64,000 nt of DNA, from positions 768,001 through 832,000 of the forward strand of contig CAWHHI010000016.1 in NCBI GenBank assembly GCA_963829055.1, written 5' to 3'. This DNA comes from an uncultured Gemmatimonadaceae bacterium (GTDB taxonomy: Bacteria; Gemmatimonadota; Gemmatimonadetes; Gemmatimonadales; Gemmatimonadaceae). This document shows positions 63,625-64,000 of this stretch, one piece after another (positions within the stretch are counted from its first letter, which is position 1; the number at the start of each line of letters is the position of its first letter). The notes beneath the pieces were generated by a model. That model was not told the DNA's origin, did not search any database, and saw nothing but the letters and a program-made list of their open reading frames with translations. The translations under genes and the position numbers were made by a program.

Positions 63625-63746
63625 GCAAGCGTCACGTCAAGAGTTAGCTCGTAACTAGCCGAGCCGTCAGCGACGCCGCGTTTCGGGAGTCGAGGCTGCG
63701 CGAATCGAAGCCCCGCTATTCGACAACTCCAGACCGGCGGCAGCGG

Positions 63747-64000
63747 TCACCCCGGTTCGGGTTCCCGCGGCGGGCCGGGTAATTCGTCAGGCGGCGGGGT
63801 GGGCGGTGTCGCGTCGCCCGTATTCGGGAGCGACCACGGAAGGCTTCGCAGGAGCGCCTCGATCGCGCTCGCCGCCTCACGCCGCTCGGCTTCCTCATCC
63901 GCCCGCACGAGCGCCGCCATGCGCAGACGGTCGCGACGGCGCCGGATCACGTAGAACGGCATCACGAGGAACAGCGTCAGCGCCGACGCGATGGAAAGAT
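63747..64000 (-). CDS. 3' end of a membrane-anchored hypothetical protein (partial)
   Basis: Frame is open from the window edge: ...LSIASALTLFLVMPFYVIRRRRDRLRMAAL..., a TM helix followed by a basic stop-transfer run. Confidence 0.65.
   Translation of the reverse strand, partial: LSIASALTLFLVMPFYVIRRRRDRLRMAALVRADEEAERREAASAIEALLRSLPWSLPNTGDATPPTPPPDELPGPPREPEPG

Overview
This is a high-GC bacterial core-genome segment, almost entirely encoded on the minus strand. Gene content and order suggest Gemmatimonadota (inference only). In transcription order (right to left) it holds: a partial membrane protein, an unannotated 56-aa membrane ORF, tRNA-Val(TAC), a TPR protein and a lipid kinase (+). 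Next comes a dcw cluster (rsmH-ftsL-ftsI-murE-murF-mraY-murD-ftsW-murG-murC-ftsQ-ftsA-ftsZ) lacking mraZ, murB and ddl, then an M23 peptidase, a vWA-like membrane protein, ftsY, recG, an orphan histidine kinase plus lipoprotein (+), asnS and mazG (+). Then alr-deoB-cdd-eutN/ccmL-lipoprotein-OM barrel-hybrid kinase-mtaB-miaB-comFB-comEC, followed by fbp, methylmalonyl-CoA mutase, argS, a PfkB kinase, purM, the rib operon-nusB, a glycosyltransferase, hpf-hprK-mannose-type PTS-HPr-EI and metK. About a dozen single-base frameshifts, several in homopolymers and some in essential genes, point to uncorrected sequencing errors rather than pseudogenes. No transposase, integrase, prophage, CRISPR array or rRNA was seen. 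The most unusual signals are (1) a non-palindromic motif YGTTAGG(C), counted about 42 times by eye on both strands and embedded in genes through rare codons in different frames, (2) an orphan microcompartment vertex gene coupled to nucleoside-salvage genes, and (3) several families of intergenic repeats or MITE-like elements.
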